The position numbers were made by a program, and so were the translations under genes. From Pseudochrobactrum asaccharolyticum (GTDB lineage: Bacteria > Pseudomonadota > Alphaproteobacteria > Rhizobiales > Rhizobiaceae), in assembly GCA_040392545.1 (NCBI GenBank), contig JBEBVV010000008.1:19306-83305 (forward strand): a DNA stretch of 64,000 bases, in the 5' to 3' direction. Of this stretch, positions 53,320 through 63,460 are shown one piece after another. Position 1 is the first letter of the stretch; each line of letters opens with the position of its first letter. A model generated the notes under the pieces. The model ran no database searches. It saw only the letters and a list, made by a program, of their open reading frames with translations, and was not told where the DNA came from.

Positions 53320-53916
53320 TTATTTTTTACGGAACGCGTCGAGCGAAACCACATCTGCGGAAGGCTTGGCGGCATCTGTCGATTCCGGCTTCTCAGCCTT
53401 GTCATCTTTCGCGGCAGTCTTGCTGCTTGCTGCTTTTTTCGCCGGTTTCTTTTCCGGTTTGGCCGGAGTGTCTTCCACAGTTTCAGCCTCTGGCTTCAAT
53501 TCGGAAACAATCTCGAAATTTTCAAAATTCTCGCTGTCATTATCGCCGGTCGGTGTGGCAACGGAAACATCAAATTCCAGCTCGAAATTGACCGATGGAT
53601 CGTAGAAACCACGAATGGCCGAGAATGGAATGACCAGCTTTTCAGCAATTTCCCCGAAGGAGAGGCCGACTTCAAAAAGCTGATCAGTGACCACCAGATC
53701 CCAGTACTGGTGCTGCAAAACGATTGTCATCTGTTCAGGATATTTTTCCTTGAGACGCGATGAAATGCGCACACCCGGAGCCTGAGTGAGAAATGTAATG
53801 AAAAAGTGATGATTACCGGGCAAACCGGCCTTATTCACTTCCATAAGAACTTTGCGGATAACGCCGCGAAGCGCATCCTGAGCAAGAATATCGTAACGGA
53901 TAAGATCCTGAACCAT
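53320..53916 (-). CDS. sspB: ClpXP adaptor SspB (alphaproteobacterial type)
   Basis: GLPGNHHFFITF, YPEQMTIVLQHQ, FYDPSVNF, C-terminal VVSLDAFRKK. Confidence 0.93.
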   Translation of the reverse strand: MVQDLIRYDILAQDALRGVIRKVLMEVNKAGLPGNHHFFITFLTQAPGVRISSRLKEKYPEQMTIVLQHQYWDLVVTDQLFEVGLSFGEIAEKLVIPFSAIRGFYDPSVNFELEFDVSVATPTGDNDSENFENFEIVSELKPEAETVEDTPAKPEKKPAKKAASSKTAAKDDKAEKPESTDAAKPSADVVSLDAFRKK

Positions 53917-54196
53917 AAAATCCTTGATCCCGGTTTCGAGGAATATTGTCATAAATGTTGTCTCAATCAGCATTGCCGCATGATTTACCGATAATCAAGG
54001 CACGATATCCGAGAGGGACAGCATATTCGTATTAAGTGGTACAACAGCTTGGCGCCTTTGTGTGAAAAAAAGCGCTGCTGCACAGCCTCATTTATCAATA
54101 TACCTCTGTAATGAAAGGTGAAAGGCTCGAAATTGATTAATCTTTACCGCAGAAAAACATTGCCCGTAAAATGGCGCGGCTTGTGAAAAAATACGA

Positions 54197-54225
54197 TTGA
54201 CATATTCTTGTTTTGTTCTTAATTT
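54197..54225 (+). promoter_or_regulatory. Sigma70 promoter with LexA-like box in the spacer
   Basis: TTGACA-N17-TAATTT; ATTC-TTGTTTT-GTTC at 54204-54218. Confidence 0.55.
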
Positions 54226-54266
54226 GAGCGCTGTTCGTTTAGTATTCGGCATTGCGGACGTGAAAA

Positions 54267-54279
54267 TAAGTCATTGATT
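54267..54279 (-). promoter_or_regulatory. IHF consensus site
   Basis: Minus strand AATCAATGACTTA matches WATCAANNNNTTR. Confidence 0.5.
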
Positions 54280-54347
54280 TATTTGTTGAATACTGGTTTG
54301 GCACGAAAGATACAGCATCTGCCGTCAGTCAATTGGAAGTTTCTTTA

Positions 54348-55565
54348 ATGTCCGCATCCATGTTCCGTACGGCGCTTATTCTCGGCTTTTTGTCTGCAAT
54401 CGGGCCTTTTGCCATTGATATGTATCTGCCGGCTCTGCCAACCATTGCCAAAGATTTGCATGCCAATGAAGCTGCGGTGCAGATGAGCCTGATGGTGTTT
54501 TTTCTGGCAACAGCGCTGATGCAGCTGATATGCGGGCCGTTTTCAGATGCCTATGGCCGTAAATTGCCGCTTTATCTGGGGCTCGGCCTGTTCGGTCTTG
54601 GCAGTATCGGCGCGGCAATGGCGACCAATATTGAAATGCTGATTTTCTTTCGCTTCATTCAAGGCGTGGGTGCCAGTGCAGGCACTGTGGTGCCGCGTGC
54701 GGTTGTGCGTGATCTTTATACCGGCGTGGATGCGGCAAGACTGATGTCGCTGCTGATGCTGGTTTTTTCAATTTCACCCATTCTTGCACCGCTGACCGGA
54801 AGTTTCATTATTGAGGGATTTGGCTGGCGCGGTGTGTTCTGGGCGGTGTTGCTGGCGGCAATTTTAGGGCTGGCGCTGGTTTGTTTCGGGCAGGAGGAAA
54901 CACGTCCTGCGCAGCAACGGGTTTCCGGTGGTGTCAGCCGTGCTTTGCGTGGTTATGCATATTTGCTGCGTGACGGAAAATTCATTGCTCTGACCTGCAT
55001 CGGCGGTTGCTGCATTGCTGCATTTTTTGTTTATATCGCCAACTCCTCTTTCATTTTTATCGAGAAATATGGCCTGAGCCCGCGGGAATATTCGCTGGTT
55101 TTCTCTTTGAATGCGATTTCGTTTTTTGCAATTTCACAACTCAACGGCGTTCTGGCCGGTCGTTTTGGTCTGGCGCGTGTCGTTGCTTACGCCATGAGCG
55201 GCTATTTGATTACAATGCTGCTGATGGTTCTGGCCGTGATGTTTCTGACCCAGAGTCTGTGGCTGGTGATGACATTTCTGTTTATCGGCAATGGTTTTCT
55301 TGGGCTGGTTTTACCGGGTACCAGTGTTATGGCGCTGGATGATCACGGGGAAATTGCCGGAACTGCGGCAGCGCTGCTCGGTACTTTACAATTGCTGGTG
55401 GCGGCAGCAGCTATGGGGCTGAGCTCATTGATCATGACCGGCTATGTCTTGCCGATGCTGATTGCCATTTTGTTGTGCGGTCTTGCCGGATGGGTGCTGA
55501 CTTATTGGAGCATCATGCGCGGCGGTTTGGCAAAGACACCATCGCCGCAAACACCAATTGCCTGA
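54348..55565 (+). CDS. Bcr/CflA family MFS drug efflux transporter
   Basis: IDMYLPALP, GPFSDAYGRK, RFIQG, RAVVRDLY, APLTG; about 12 TM helices. Confidence 0.92.
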   Translation: MSASMFRTALILGFLSAIGPFAIDMYLPALPTIAKDLHANEAAVQMSLMVFFLATALMQLICGPFSDAYGRKLPLYLGLGLFGLGSIGAAMATNIEMLIFFRFIQGVGASAGTVVPRAVVRDLYTGVDAARLMSLLMLVFSISPILAPLTGSFIIEGFGWRGVFWAVLLAAILGLALVCFGQEETRPAQQRVSGGVSRALRGYAYLLRDGKFIALTCIGGCCIAAFFVYIANSSFIFIEKYGLSPREYSLVFSLNAISFFAISQLNGVLAGRFGLARVVAYAMSGYLITMLLMVLAVMFLTQSLWLVMTFLFIGNGFLGLVLPGTSVMALDDHGEIAGTAAALLGTLQLLVAAAAMGLSSLIMTGYVLPMLIAILLCGLAGWVLTYWSIMRGGLAKTPSPQTPIA

Positions 55566-55625
55566 AAGCGCAGACAAAATGCGAGCTGATGCTGCATTGC
55601 AGCGACATATAAACATCTGAATTCA

Positions 55626-55965
55626 TGTGCGGGGAGAAGTGAAGGCTTCTGTTGCCAGGTGCCTTCGAACCCCGCACAGACCTGCGACGGCCTGCGACTT
55701 TAAGTGAAGCTATCGCACCGCATTAAGCAGCGAGACGTGCTTCCGCATAGTTGTCGTTTGCAACTACTAAATCAGCCCGATAACGGTGGTACAATGCCGA
55801 GTGAAAGATCAACCTTTACGCCCTTGTCGATCCTGTTTCGCCCCCGCCACAAGACAGCCTTTTGTAATTAAGCTGTCTTCTGGTGGAGGCGCCGGGTACC
55901 GCCCCCGGGTCCAATGGGTTTATTACGCAGTCCATTTATCACCATAGCCGGTCAAGCCGACAGGT
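55626..55965 (-). ncRNA. ssrA: Circularly permuted two-piece tmRNA; tag (A)NDNYAEARLAA
   Basis: Acceptor piece ends ...CCCGGCGCCTCCACCA at 55881; intervening hairpin 55846-55880; coding piece starts GGGGGCGAAACAGGATCGAC at 55845; tag frame 55761-55723. Outer ends approximate. Confidence 0.95.
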
Positions 55966-56380
55966 TTTATATAGGTGGCTTCATCCGGTTTGAAAAGAGG
56001 GGCAGGGTGTTTTCATCACGCATGTTTGCGGAAAATGTGCGGTCCCTGAACAGATTGCCCTTGTTACTTTCAAAATATGCGGATTTACTAATGAATTAAA
56101 TCTACAGAGCGCCGTTCATTTATCAAAAAAGCCTGAAATAACAATTTGATGTGTTTTTTGAAAGAATACTGATAATGCGCCATTGACAGCCTGTGCTTGC
56201 TGGTCAATCTTTCATATATTGCAAGCTGCATATAGTTAAAATCATGGCACATCATGCAACAGGCTGAACAGCTTATGCTGTTGTTCATGAATAGGCATAA
56301 TTCCGGAAATTAAATCATTCCGGAAGCTTGTTTCAGATTTAACGGCCGTGAAGACGGTCAGATTGAAGGAGACTGGTTTC

Positions 56381-56692
56381 ATGACTGATTATCTTAGTGA
56401 CGTACGCCGTTATGATGCAGCTGCCGATGAGGCTGTGGTTGCCAAAATTGTCAAGCATCTTGGTATTGCCTTGCGCAGCCGCGATGCTTCGCTGGTTGCG
56501 GCTTCCGATCCAAGTGAACTGGCGACAGTGCGCACCAGCTGGATCGGCAAGAAGCTCGGCATTGAAGATGCTGACAAGGCCAATGAAGTGATCGCCAGCG
56601 TTGTTGAAACCATGAAAGGTGACCACAACAAGCAGCGCGTCACTTTCTATTATCTGGCTGCCAAGGCGCTGGGTAAGCTGGAAAGCCTCTGA
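56381..56692 (+). CDS. DUF2853 family protein
   Basis: SD AAGGAG; DASLVAASDPSELATVR...KKLG, RVTFYYL. Confidence 0.85.
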   Translation: MTDYLSDVRRYDAAADEAVVAKIVKHLGIALRSRDASLVAASDPSELATVRTSWIGKKLGIEDADKANEVIASVVETMKGDHNKQRVTFYYLAAKALGKLESL

Positions 56693-56790
56693 TGGTTTGA
56701 ATGAGATTGAGCGCGCTTGTCTCGAAAGGCGCTCGTTTTAAATTACGGCGGTGATGCGGGCTTTTCCCGCATTGCCGCTCCCGATTTAAG

Positions 56791-56820
56791 CAAAGCCCTG
56801 AGCTCATGCTCAGGGCTTTG
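56791..56820 (+). terminator. Hairpin / probable terminator
   Basis: CAAAGCCCTGAGC-tcat-GCTCAGGGCTTTG. Confidence 0.65.
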
Positions 56821-56897
56821 TTGTTGATAACGCAACTGTGCGGCTGGCTCCTGTGGCAGCGGGTGGTATTTTGATTCAATCGGAGTCATAACAGCCT

Positions 56898-57692
56898 ATG
56901 CGTACATATCTTGATCTTCTTCAGCATGTTCTGGAAAACGGCACAGACCGTGGCGACCGTACCGGTACCGGAACACGTTCGGTTTTCGGCTATCAGATGC
57001 GTTTTGACCTTGCGCAGGGCTTTCCGGTTCTGACGACAAAGAAGCTGCATTTGCGCTCTATCATCCATGAATTGCTGTGGTTTTTGCAGGGTGATACCAA
57101 TATCACCTATCTCAAAGAAAACGGCGTGAGCATATGGGATGAATGGGCGGACGAGAATGGTGATCTCGGTCCGGTCTATGGTGCACAATGGCGGTCATGG
57201 CCGGCACCTGATGGCACGCATATTGATCAGATTGCGAATCTGATGCGTGATTTGCAGAAGAACCCGAATTCACGGCGCCTGATTGTTTCCGCATGGAATC
57301 CGGCTCTGGTCGATGAAATGGCGCTGCCGCCATGCCATTGCCTGTTTCAGTTTTATGTGGCGGATGGCAGGCTTTCATGCCAGCTTTATCAGCGCTCGGC
57401 CGATATTTTCCTCGGCGTACCGTTCAATATTGCCTCTTATGCGCTGCTGACCATGATGATTGCGCAGGTCGCAGGGCTGCAACCCGGTGATTTTGTGCAT
57501 ACATTGGGCGATGCGCATTTGTATCACAATCATTTCGAGCAGACGAAATTACAGTTGAGCCGCACGCCAAAAGCGCTGCCGGTGATGGAAATTAATCCTG
57601 AGGTGAAAGACCTGTTTGCGTTCCGCTTTGAAGATTTTAAACTGGTTGGCTATGAAGCCGATCCGTCGATCAAAGCACCGATTGCGGTATAA
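56898..57692 (+). CDS. thyA: Thymidylate synthase
   Basis: [32 protein letters not shown]. Confidence 0.99.
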   Translation: MRTYLDLLQHVLENGTDRGDRTGTGTRSVFGYQMRFDLAQGFPVLTTKKLHLRSIIHELLWFLQGDTNITYLKENGVSIWDEWADENGDLGPVYGAQWRSWPAPDGTHIDQIANLMRDLQKNPNSRRLIVSAWNPALVDEMALPPCHCLFQFYVADGRLSCQLYQRSADIFLGVPFNIASYALLTMMIAQVAGLQPGDFVHTLGDAHLYHNHFEQTKLQLSRTPKALPVMEINPEVKDLFAFRFEDFKLVGYEADPSIKAPIAV

Positions 57693-57696
57693 GCAG

Positions 57697-58200
57697 ATGA
57701 TTATTTCCTGTGTTGTGGCGGTTTCAAAAAATGGTGTGATCGGGCGCGATAATGGCATGCCGTGGCGTCTGTCCACGGATTTGCAGCGGTTCAAAAAACT
57801 CACGCTCGGTAAACCGGTGGTGATGGGGCGTAAAACATGGCAATCCCTTGGCCGCCCTTTGCCGAACCGTACCAATATTGTCATCACCCGCGATGGCGAA
57901 TATCAGGCGGAAGGGGCTGTGGTTGTGCCTTCCATTGATGAGGCTTTGATCGCCGGTGAGAAAGCTGCGCTGGCGAGCGGTGTCGATGAAATCTGCATTA
58001 TCGGTGGTGCGCAGATTTACCGGCAGGCTATGGATAAAGCCACGCATCTGCATGTGACCCATATTGATGCGGAGATTGACGGCGATGCATTTTTTGCGGA
58101 GCTTGATCCGGCTGTCTGGAAAATTGTCAGCGAAGAATTTGTTCCTGCGGGTGAGAAAGATAATTATCCGACCCGCTATGTGGTCTATCAGCGCCGCTGA
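57697..58200 (+). CDS. folA: Dihydrofolate reductase
   Basis: VIGRDNGMPW, MGRKTW, PLPNR, IGGAQIY, GDAFF. Confidence 0.96.
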   Translation: MIISCVVAVSKNGVIGRDNGMPWRLSTDLQRFKKLTLGKPVVMGRKTWQSLGRPLPNRTNIVITRDGEYQAEGAVVVPSIDEALIAGEKAALASGVDEICIIGGAQIYRQAMDKATHLHVTHIDAEIDGDAFFAELDPAVWKIVSEEFVPAGEKDNYPTRYVVYQRR

Positions 58201-58402
58201 TCCGCATTACATTGATGATCCGGTGGCTTTCTGAGGCCGCCGGACGGGTTTCACAGAGAATCTTGGGCCATTTTCTGTTTGTATGCCGTGATATGTCCGG
58301 CCTTGCGCCGTGGTTGTGCTCTGTCTGAGCCGTGTTTTTTACCATGCTCATCAACTAATTTGACTGAAAATTGCAAAAGCGTGATGAATCTGCGTGTCTT
58401 GC

Positions 58403-58431
58403 GTTGAAAGACGGCTTTTGCGTACCTATAA
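58403..58431 (+). promoter_or_regulatory. Putative RpoH promoter of hflKC
   Basis: GTTGAA-N16-CCTATA resembles the rhizobial RpoH consensus CTTGAA-N16/17-CCTATAT. Confidence 0.55.
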
Positions 58432-58494
58432 ACGGAACAGACTGATTGATGAATAGAGGTGTTCCGCCTCTGACATCTGGCACGAGAGGTGAGG

Positions 58495-59646
58495 ATGCCC
58501 TGGAGTAATCAAAATGGCGGCGGCCCATGGGGCGGCGGCGATAAAAACGGCGGATCCGGCAATGGCGGTTCCAATAATGGCGGCCCTAAACAGGGCGGAC
58601 CATGGGGACAAGGGCCAAAAGGACCGCGCGGCGGACCGGGCGGAACGCCTCCTGATCTTGAAGATATTCTGCGTAAAGGGCAGGACCGTCTGAAAAAAGT
58701 AATGCCGGGCGGTGGCTCCGGCGGGGGCGGCGCAGCCCTTTATGTTGTCGGCGCTCTGGCGCTTGCCGGTTTCTGGCTGTTCCAGTCGATGTATACCGTG
58801 CAGCCGGATGAGCTGGCCGTTGAAATGCGTTTCGGTGTACCGAAAGAAGTGGTTTCCGAGCCTGGTCTGCATTTCCACCTCTGGCCGATTGAAACTTATG
58901 AAAAAGCCTCGACCGGTGAACGCCAGATCAATATTGGCGGACAGGGCACACGTGGTGCCACTCAAGGGTTGATGCTGACCGGTGATCAGAACATTGTTAA
59001 TGTTCAGTTCTCCGTGCTTTACCGTGTTTCCGATCCACGCGCTTATCTGTTTAATGTGCAGGATCCTGACAATATGGTGCGTCAGGTTTCTGAAAGCGCG
59101 ATCCGTGAAATCGTAGGCCGTCGTCCGGCGCAGGATGTGTTCCGTGATAACCGTGCGGCAATTGCCCAGTCGGTGCGTGATATTGTTCAGGAAACACTGA
59201 ACGGTTACGGCGCGGGTATTCAGGTTAATGCGGTTTCTATTGAAGATGCAGCGCCGCCGCGTGAAGTGGCCGATGCCTTTGATGAAGTGCAGCGTGCTGA
59301 ACAGGATGAAGACCGCTTCGTTGAAGAAGCGAACCAGTATTCCAACCAGAAACTCGGTCAGGCCCGTGGTCAGGCTGCGCAGGTTCGTGAAGATGCTGCC
59401 GGTTATAAAACCCGTATGGTTCAGGAAGCGGAAGGTGAAACCCAGCGTTTCAATTCTGTGCTGAATATTTACAAGGCATCACCGGATGTAACCCGTGACC
59501 GTCTCTTCCTTGAGACGATGGAGCAGGTCTTGAAAGACAGCAACAAGGTTATTGTTGAAGGTGGAAATGGCGTTATGCCTTATCTGCCGCTGACTGAGCT
59601 GATGCGCCAGCAGGGCAAGACGACCAATGGCGGAGGCACACAGTAA
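58495..59646 (+). CDS. hflK: FtsH modulator HflK
   Basis: MPWSNQ and Gly-rich N-terminus, PPDLED, SPFH domain, LPLTEL. Confidence 0.96.
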   Translation: MPWSNQNGGGPWGGGDKNGGSGNGGSNNGGPKQGGPWGQGPKGPRGGPGGTPPDLEDILRKGQDRLKKVMPGGGSGGGGAALYVVGALALAGFWLFQSMYTVQPDELAVEMRFGVPKEVVSEPGLHFHLWPIETYEKASTGERQINIGGQGTRGATQGLMLTGDQNIVNVQFSVLYRVSDPRAYLFNVQDPDNMVRQVSESAIREIVGRRPAQDVFRDNRAAIAQSVRDIVQETLNGYGAGIQVNAVSIEDAAPPREVADAFDEVQRAEQDEDRFVEEANQYSNQKLGQARGQAAQVREDAAGYKTRMVQEAEGETQRFNSVLNIYKASPDVTRDRLFLETMEQVLKDSNKVIVEGGNGVMPYLPLTELMRQQGKTTNGGGTQ

Positions 59647-60569
59647 TGAAACAGAATCGTTTGCCTTTTATCATTGGTGCAATCGCTGTTATTGCATTTC
59701 TGGTTTATTCCTCTGTCTTCGTGGTGACGGAGCGTCAGCAGGCTATTGTGCTGCGCTTCGGTCAGATTGTTGATGTGAAGGACAAGCCGGGCATTTATTT
59801 CAAACTGCCATTTGCCTTTGCCGAGGCTGATAATGTGCAGATGATTGATGATCGTCTGCTGCGCTTTGATCTGGATGATATCCGCGTGCAGGTTTCCGGC
59901 GGTAAATTCTATGATGTGGATGCGTTCCTCGTCTATCGCATTACCGATGCCCGCAAATTCCGTCAGACTGTTTCTGCTAATACAATGCTGGCTGAACAGC
60001 GCCTGCGCACCCGTCTCGATTCGGCTCTGCGTAGCGTTTACGGTCTGCGCGGCTTTGAATCCGCTCTCTCGGAAGAACGCGGCAGCATGATGCGTGAAGT
60101 GCGTGATCAGTTGCGTCCGGATGCCGTATCGCTCGGTCTGACGATTGAGGATGTGCGTATCCGCCGTACCGATCTGACCGCTGAAGTATCGCAGCAGACT
60201 TTTGACCGTATGAAGGCCGAGCGTCTTGCGGAAGCGGAACGTCTGCGTGCCCGTGGCCGTGAAGCGGCACAGCGCATCAAGGCGGTTGCTGACCGTCAGG
60301 TTGTGGAAATCGTTTCCGAAGCCAACCGCGATTCCGAAGTGCTGCGCGGTGAGGGTGAAGCTGAACGCGGCCGGATTTTTGCAGATGCTGCAAAACAGGA
60401 TCCGGATTTCTTCAGCTTCTACCGTTCCATGAATGCTTATCGTCAGGCTTTGCAGGCTGATGGTACAACCATGGTTCTGTCTCCGGATTCGCAGTTCTTC
60501 CGCTTCTTTAAAGATGCGGCTGGTAAGCTGCCTGCGCCTGCGGCCAATGCCCAGTCCGGCGCTCAGTAA
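59646..60569 (+). CDS. hflC: FtsH modulator HflC
   Basis: SPFH domain, RMKAER, DPDFFSFYRS. Confidence 0.96.
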   Translation: MKQNRLPFIIGAIAVIAFLVYSSVFVVTERQQAIVLRFGQIVDVKDKPGIYFKLPFAFAEADNVQMIDDRLLRFDLDDIRVQVSGGKFYDVDAFLVYRITDARKFRQTVSANTMLAEQRLRTRLDSALRSVYGLRGFESALSEERGSMMREVRDQLRPDAVSLGLTIEDVRIRRTDLTAEVSQQTFDRMKAERLAEAERLRARGREAAQRIKAVADRQVVEIVSEANRDSEVLRGEGEAERGRIFADAAKQDPDFFSFYRSMNAYRQALQADGTTMVLSPDSQFFRFFKDAAGKLPAPAANAQSGAQ

Positions 60570-60584
60570 AGTCTGGTCACGGCA

Positions 60585-60770
60585 GTGCAGGATTTAATCA
60601 CAGCCATAGGATTGCTCCTCGTTTTCGAGGGGCTTCTCTATGGCGGTTTCCCGCAATTTGCCAGACGTATGGCAAAAGACGTGTCAGAAGCGCCGGAATC
60701 ATACTTGCGTACCGCCGGTATTGTGGCACTGGCACTCGGTGTCGGCGTGGTCTGGATGATACGGGGCTGA
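60585..60770 (+). CDS. DUF2065 (YjeT-like) small membrane protein
   Basis: AIGLLLVFEGL...LRTAG; follows hflC. Confidence 0.85.
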   Translation: MQDLITAIGLLLVFEGLLYGGFPQFARRMAKDVSEAPESYLRTAGIVALALGVGVVWMIRG

Positions 60771-60787
60771 TCGTAATTCAAAGAGAT

Positions 60788-60820
60788 AAAAAGCGCGTGG
60801 CGATTGCCGCGCGCTTTTTT
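60788..60820 (+). terminator. Intrinsic terminator
   Basis: AAAAAGCGCG...CGCGCTTTTTT. Confidence 0.75.
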
Positions 60821-61184
60821 CATGCAAAGCCGGTGGATTTCTGCGCCTGTCTCTGAACCGGATGACAGAGTGGCTGAAAATCATTTCACAGTTTGCACAA
60901 CAGGCTTTATGTTGTGCCGGGATGATGAAAACCCGTATGGCGTTAAGACAAATGTGCTGAAATTGTTCAGAAGAATTTTCCATTCGTGAAAACTGAAAAT
61001 GGCACCTCGTCCTAAACTGGCCGTATTTGGCTTTCAAACCGTGCAAAGCAATAAGAGCATAGTGCGAAAAGAGTGGCGCTTTTTTCGGCAGCACTATGCG
61101 CAAAAACAAAAAAGACAGAGCATATTCAATTGTTCGCTATCAGTTGAAAATGTTTTTAAATCCGGAAGACAGGCGGAGTTTCAG

Positions 61185-62765
61185 ATGAATTCTATCAAGC
61201 GTAAAAGCGCAGTTTCGCATTATCTGCGTACCGGATTTATCGCGCTGTCGCTGAGCACCGCGCTATGCGGCACCTCGGCTGTGATGGCGCAGGAAAAGAC
61301 GCAGCCGGTTGTTGGCGGCAGGCTTGCAGCTTTGGGTCAGGCACCGGCCGGCACAATGGCAGGCCCTGCATCGGTGGCCGATCTTGCCGAAGGGCTTTTG
61401 GATGCGGTGGTGAATATTTCCACCTCCCAATCGGTCAAGGACGAGAATGGTGAGGAAAAGACCGAGCCTGCGCCGCAATTGCCGGATGGTTCGCCTTTCA
61501 AAGAATTTTTTGATGATTTCTTCTCGGAAGAAAACCAGAAAGACGGCGGCAGTGCTGCCCGTAAAATGCAGTCGCTTGGCTCAGGCTTTGTGATTGATGC
61601 CGAAAAAGGTCTGGTCATCACCAATAATCACGTCATTGCCGATGCCGATGAAATTGAGGTGAATTTCACCGACGGCAAAAAGCTCAAGGCTGAATTGCTG
61701 GGCACGGATACCAAAACCGATATTGCGCTTTTGAAGGTCGATCCGACCAAACATAAGCTGACAGCGGTTGGTTTCGGCGATTCCAACAAAGCGCGGATCG
61801 GCGACTGGGTTATGGCAATCGGTAATCCGTTCGGGCTGGGCGGTACTGTAACGCTGGGTATTATTTCCGCACGTAACCGCGATATCAGCGCGGGGCCTTA
61901 CGACAATTTCATTCAGACCGATGCCGCGATCAATCGCGGTAATTCCGGCGGCCCGCTCTTTGATATGTATGGCAAGGTTATCGGTATTAATACCGCTATT
62001 ATTTCGCCGACCGGCGGCTCTATCGGCATTGGTTTTGCCATCCCGTCTGAGCTTGCGGTTTCTGTAATCGATCAGCTTGAACAATTTGGTGAAACCCGCC
62101 GTGGCTGGCTTGGTGTGCGCATTCAGCCGGTCACCGATGATGTGGCGGAAAGCTTTGGCATGAAAGAGGCCAAAGGCGCATTGGTCGCCGGATTGATTGC
62201 CAATAGCGGCGTTGAAAATAAAGAGCTGATGGCCGGCGATGTGATCCTTAAATTCGACGGCAAGGATGTGGAAAGCGCCCGTGATCTGCCGCGTGTTGTT
62301 GCGGAAAGTCCGGTGGGCAAGGAAGTCAGCGTGGTGGTTCTGCGCAAAGGCAAAGAGCAGACCGTGAAGATCAAGCTCGGACGGCTTGAAGATTATGAGA
62401 ATAAAGACAAGGCCGCTGATGCCAAAGCCGGCGACAAAGGTAAAGACAAAGGCAAGGTTGCAGATACACTGACCGTGCTGGGGATGACACTCGCCAAACT
62501 CGATGAAGCGCAACGCGCCAAATATGAGATTGTTGACGAGGTGGACGGTGTGTTGATCAGTGCCGTAACCGCAAAATCCACAGCGGAAGAAAAACGTATT
62601 CAGGCCGGTGAGGTGATTGTGGAATTTGCGCAGGAACCGGTGAAGGCTCCGGCGGATATTCAGAAGAAGCTGGATAAGCTACGCCAGCAGGGGCGTAAAA
62701 ATGCCCTGCTGATGTTGGCTGCACCAAGCGGTGAATTGCGCTTTGTTACATTACGCATCGACTGA
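61185..62765 (+). CDS. DegP/DegQ (Do family) serine endoprotease with two PDZ domains
   Basis: Signal peptide; GSGF, TNNHV, TDIALL, GNSGGP, RGWLGV. Confidence 0.95.
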   Translation: MNSIKRKSAVSHYLRTGFIALSLSTALCGTSAVMAQEKTQPVVGGRLAALGQAPAGTMAGPASVADLAEGLLDAVVNISTSQSVKDENGEEKTEPAPQLPDGSPFKEFFDDFFSEENQKDGGSAARKMQSLGSGFVIDAEKGLVITNNHVIADADEIEVNFTDGKKLKAELLGTDTKTDIALLKVDPTKHKLTAVGFGDSNKARIGDWVMAIGNPFGLGGTVTLGIISARNRDISAGPYDNFIQTDAAINRGNSGGPLFDMYGKVIGINTAIISPTGGSIGIGFAIPSELAVSVIDQLEQFGETRRGWLGVRIQPVTDDVAESFGMKEAKGALVAGLIANSGVENKELMAGDVILKFDGKDVESARDLPRVVAESPVGKEVSVVVLRKGKEQTVKIKLGRLEDYENKDKAADAKAGDKGKDKGKVADTLTVLGMTLAKLDEAQRAKYEIVDEVDGVLISAVTAKSTAEEKRIQAGEVIVEFAQEPVKAPADIQKKLDKLRQQGRKNALLMLAAPSGELRFVTLRID

Positions 62766-62785
62766 TCTGATCGTCGTGCAAACCC

Positions 62786-62824
62786 AAAAAGGCCGGAGGA
62801 TTGTGTGATCCTCCGGCCTTTTTT
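62786..62824. terminator. Bidirectional intrinsic terminator
   Basis: AAAAAGGCCGGAGGAT...ATCCTCCGGCCTTTTTT between convergent genes. Confidence 0.88.
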
Positions 62825-62853
62825 ATGGGTAAAAACTGAATCAGATGAAGGGA

Positions 62854-63429
62854 TTAGACGTTTGTCTTGTCATATTGATTCAACCATTGCGCCTTGCTGA
62901 TGGCGTAAAGCACATGGCGTTTGAGATGCGGATGGCTGTCAGGTACTTTCGGATGGTCAAAATCGCGCTCAGGCTGAGGCACCATGCCAAGGCGACGCAT
63001 CACGGCTGTTGAGCGGTGATTATTATGCACGGCAAAGGCAACCACTTCATCCTGCCCGTGAACGTCAAACGCATGGGCAAGGCAGGCTTGCGCCGCTTCC
63101 GTCACATAGCCCTTGCCCCAGGCGTGTTGTGCCAGCCGCCAGCCGATTTCCATTGTGTCTTGACGCAGAAATGGCTCAAGATCGGTTTTTGCAAGGCCGG
63201 TAAAGCCGATCAGGGCACCGCTTTCGCGTTCTTCCAGCGCATAGAAACCGATGCCTGATGTGCTGATCATCGTGTACAGCCGATCCAGCAGCGCATCGGA
63301 TTTTTCCCGCTCCAGCAGCGAGGGGAAAAACTCCATCACCACAGGGTCGGATGTCATGGCGTGAAAGAAATCACGGTCTTCCTCGCACCAGTTGCGGATG
63401 ATCAGACGTTCTGTTTCCAGGATGATCAT
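62854..63429 (-). CDS. GNAT N-acetyltransferase (RimJ/RimL type)
   Basis: LETERL, EIGWRL, WGKGYVTEAA, N.RS.AVMRRLGM. Confidence 0.92.
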   Translation of the reverse strand: MIILETERLIIRNWCEEDRDFFHAMTSDPVVMEFFPSLLEREKSDALLDRLYTMISTSGIGFYALEERESGALIGFTGLAKTDLEPFLRQDTMEIGWRLAQHAWGKGYVTEAAQACLAHAFDVHGQDEVVAFAVHNNHRSTAVMRRLGMVPQPERDFDHPKVPDSHPHLKRHVLYAISKAQWLNQYDKTNV

Positions 63430-63460
63430 TGCCCGATTTCCTCCCCAAGCGGCTTGAAAC

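Noticed and set aside
55846-56380. Genomic island integrated at tmRNA
   Set aside because: Both tmRNA pieces are contiguous, and no integrase or duplicated 3' end is visible. The AT-rich flank looks like a divergent promoter region.
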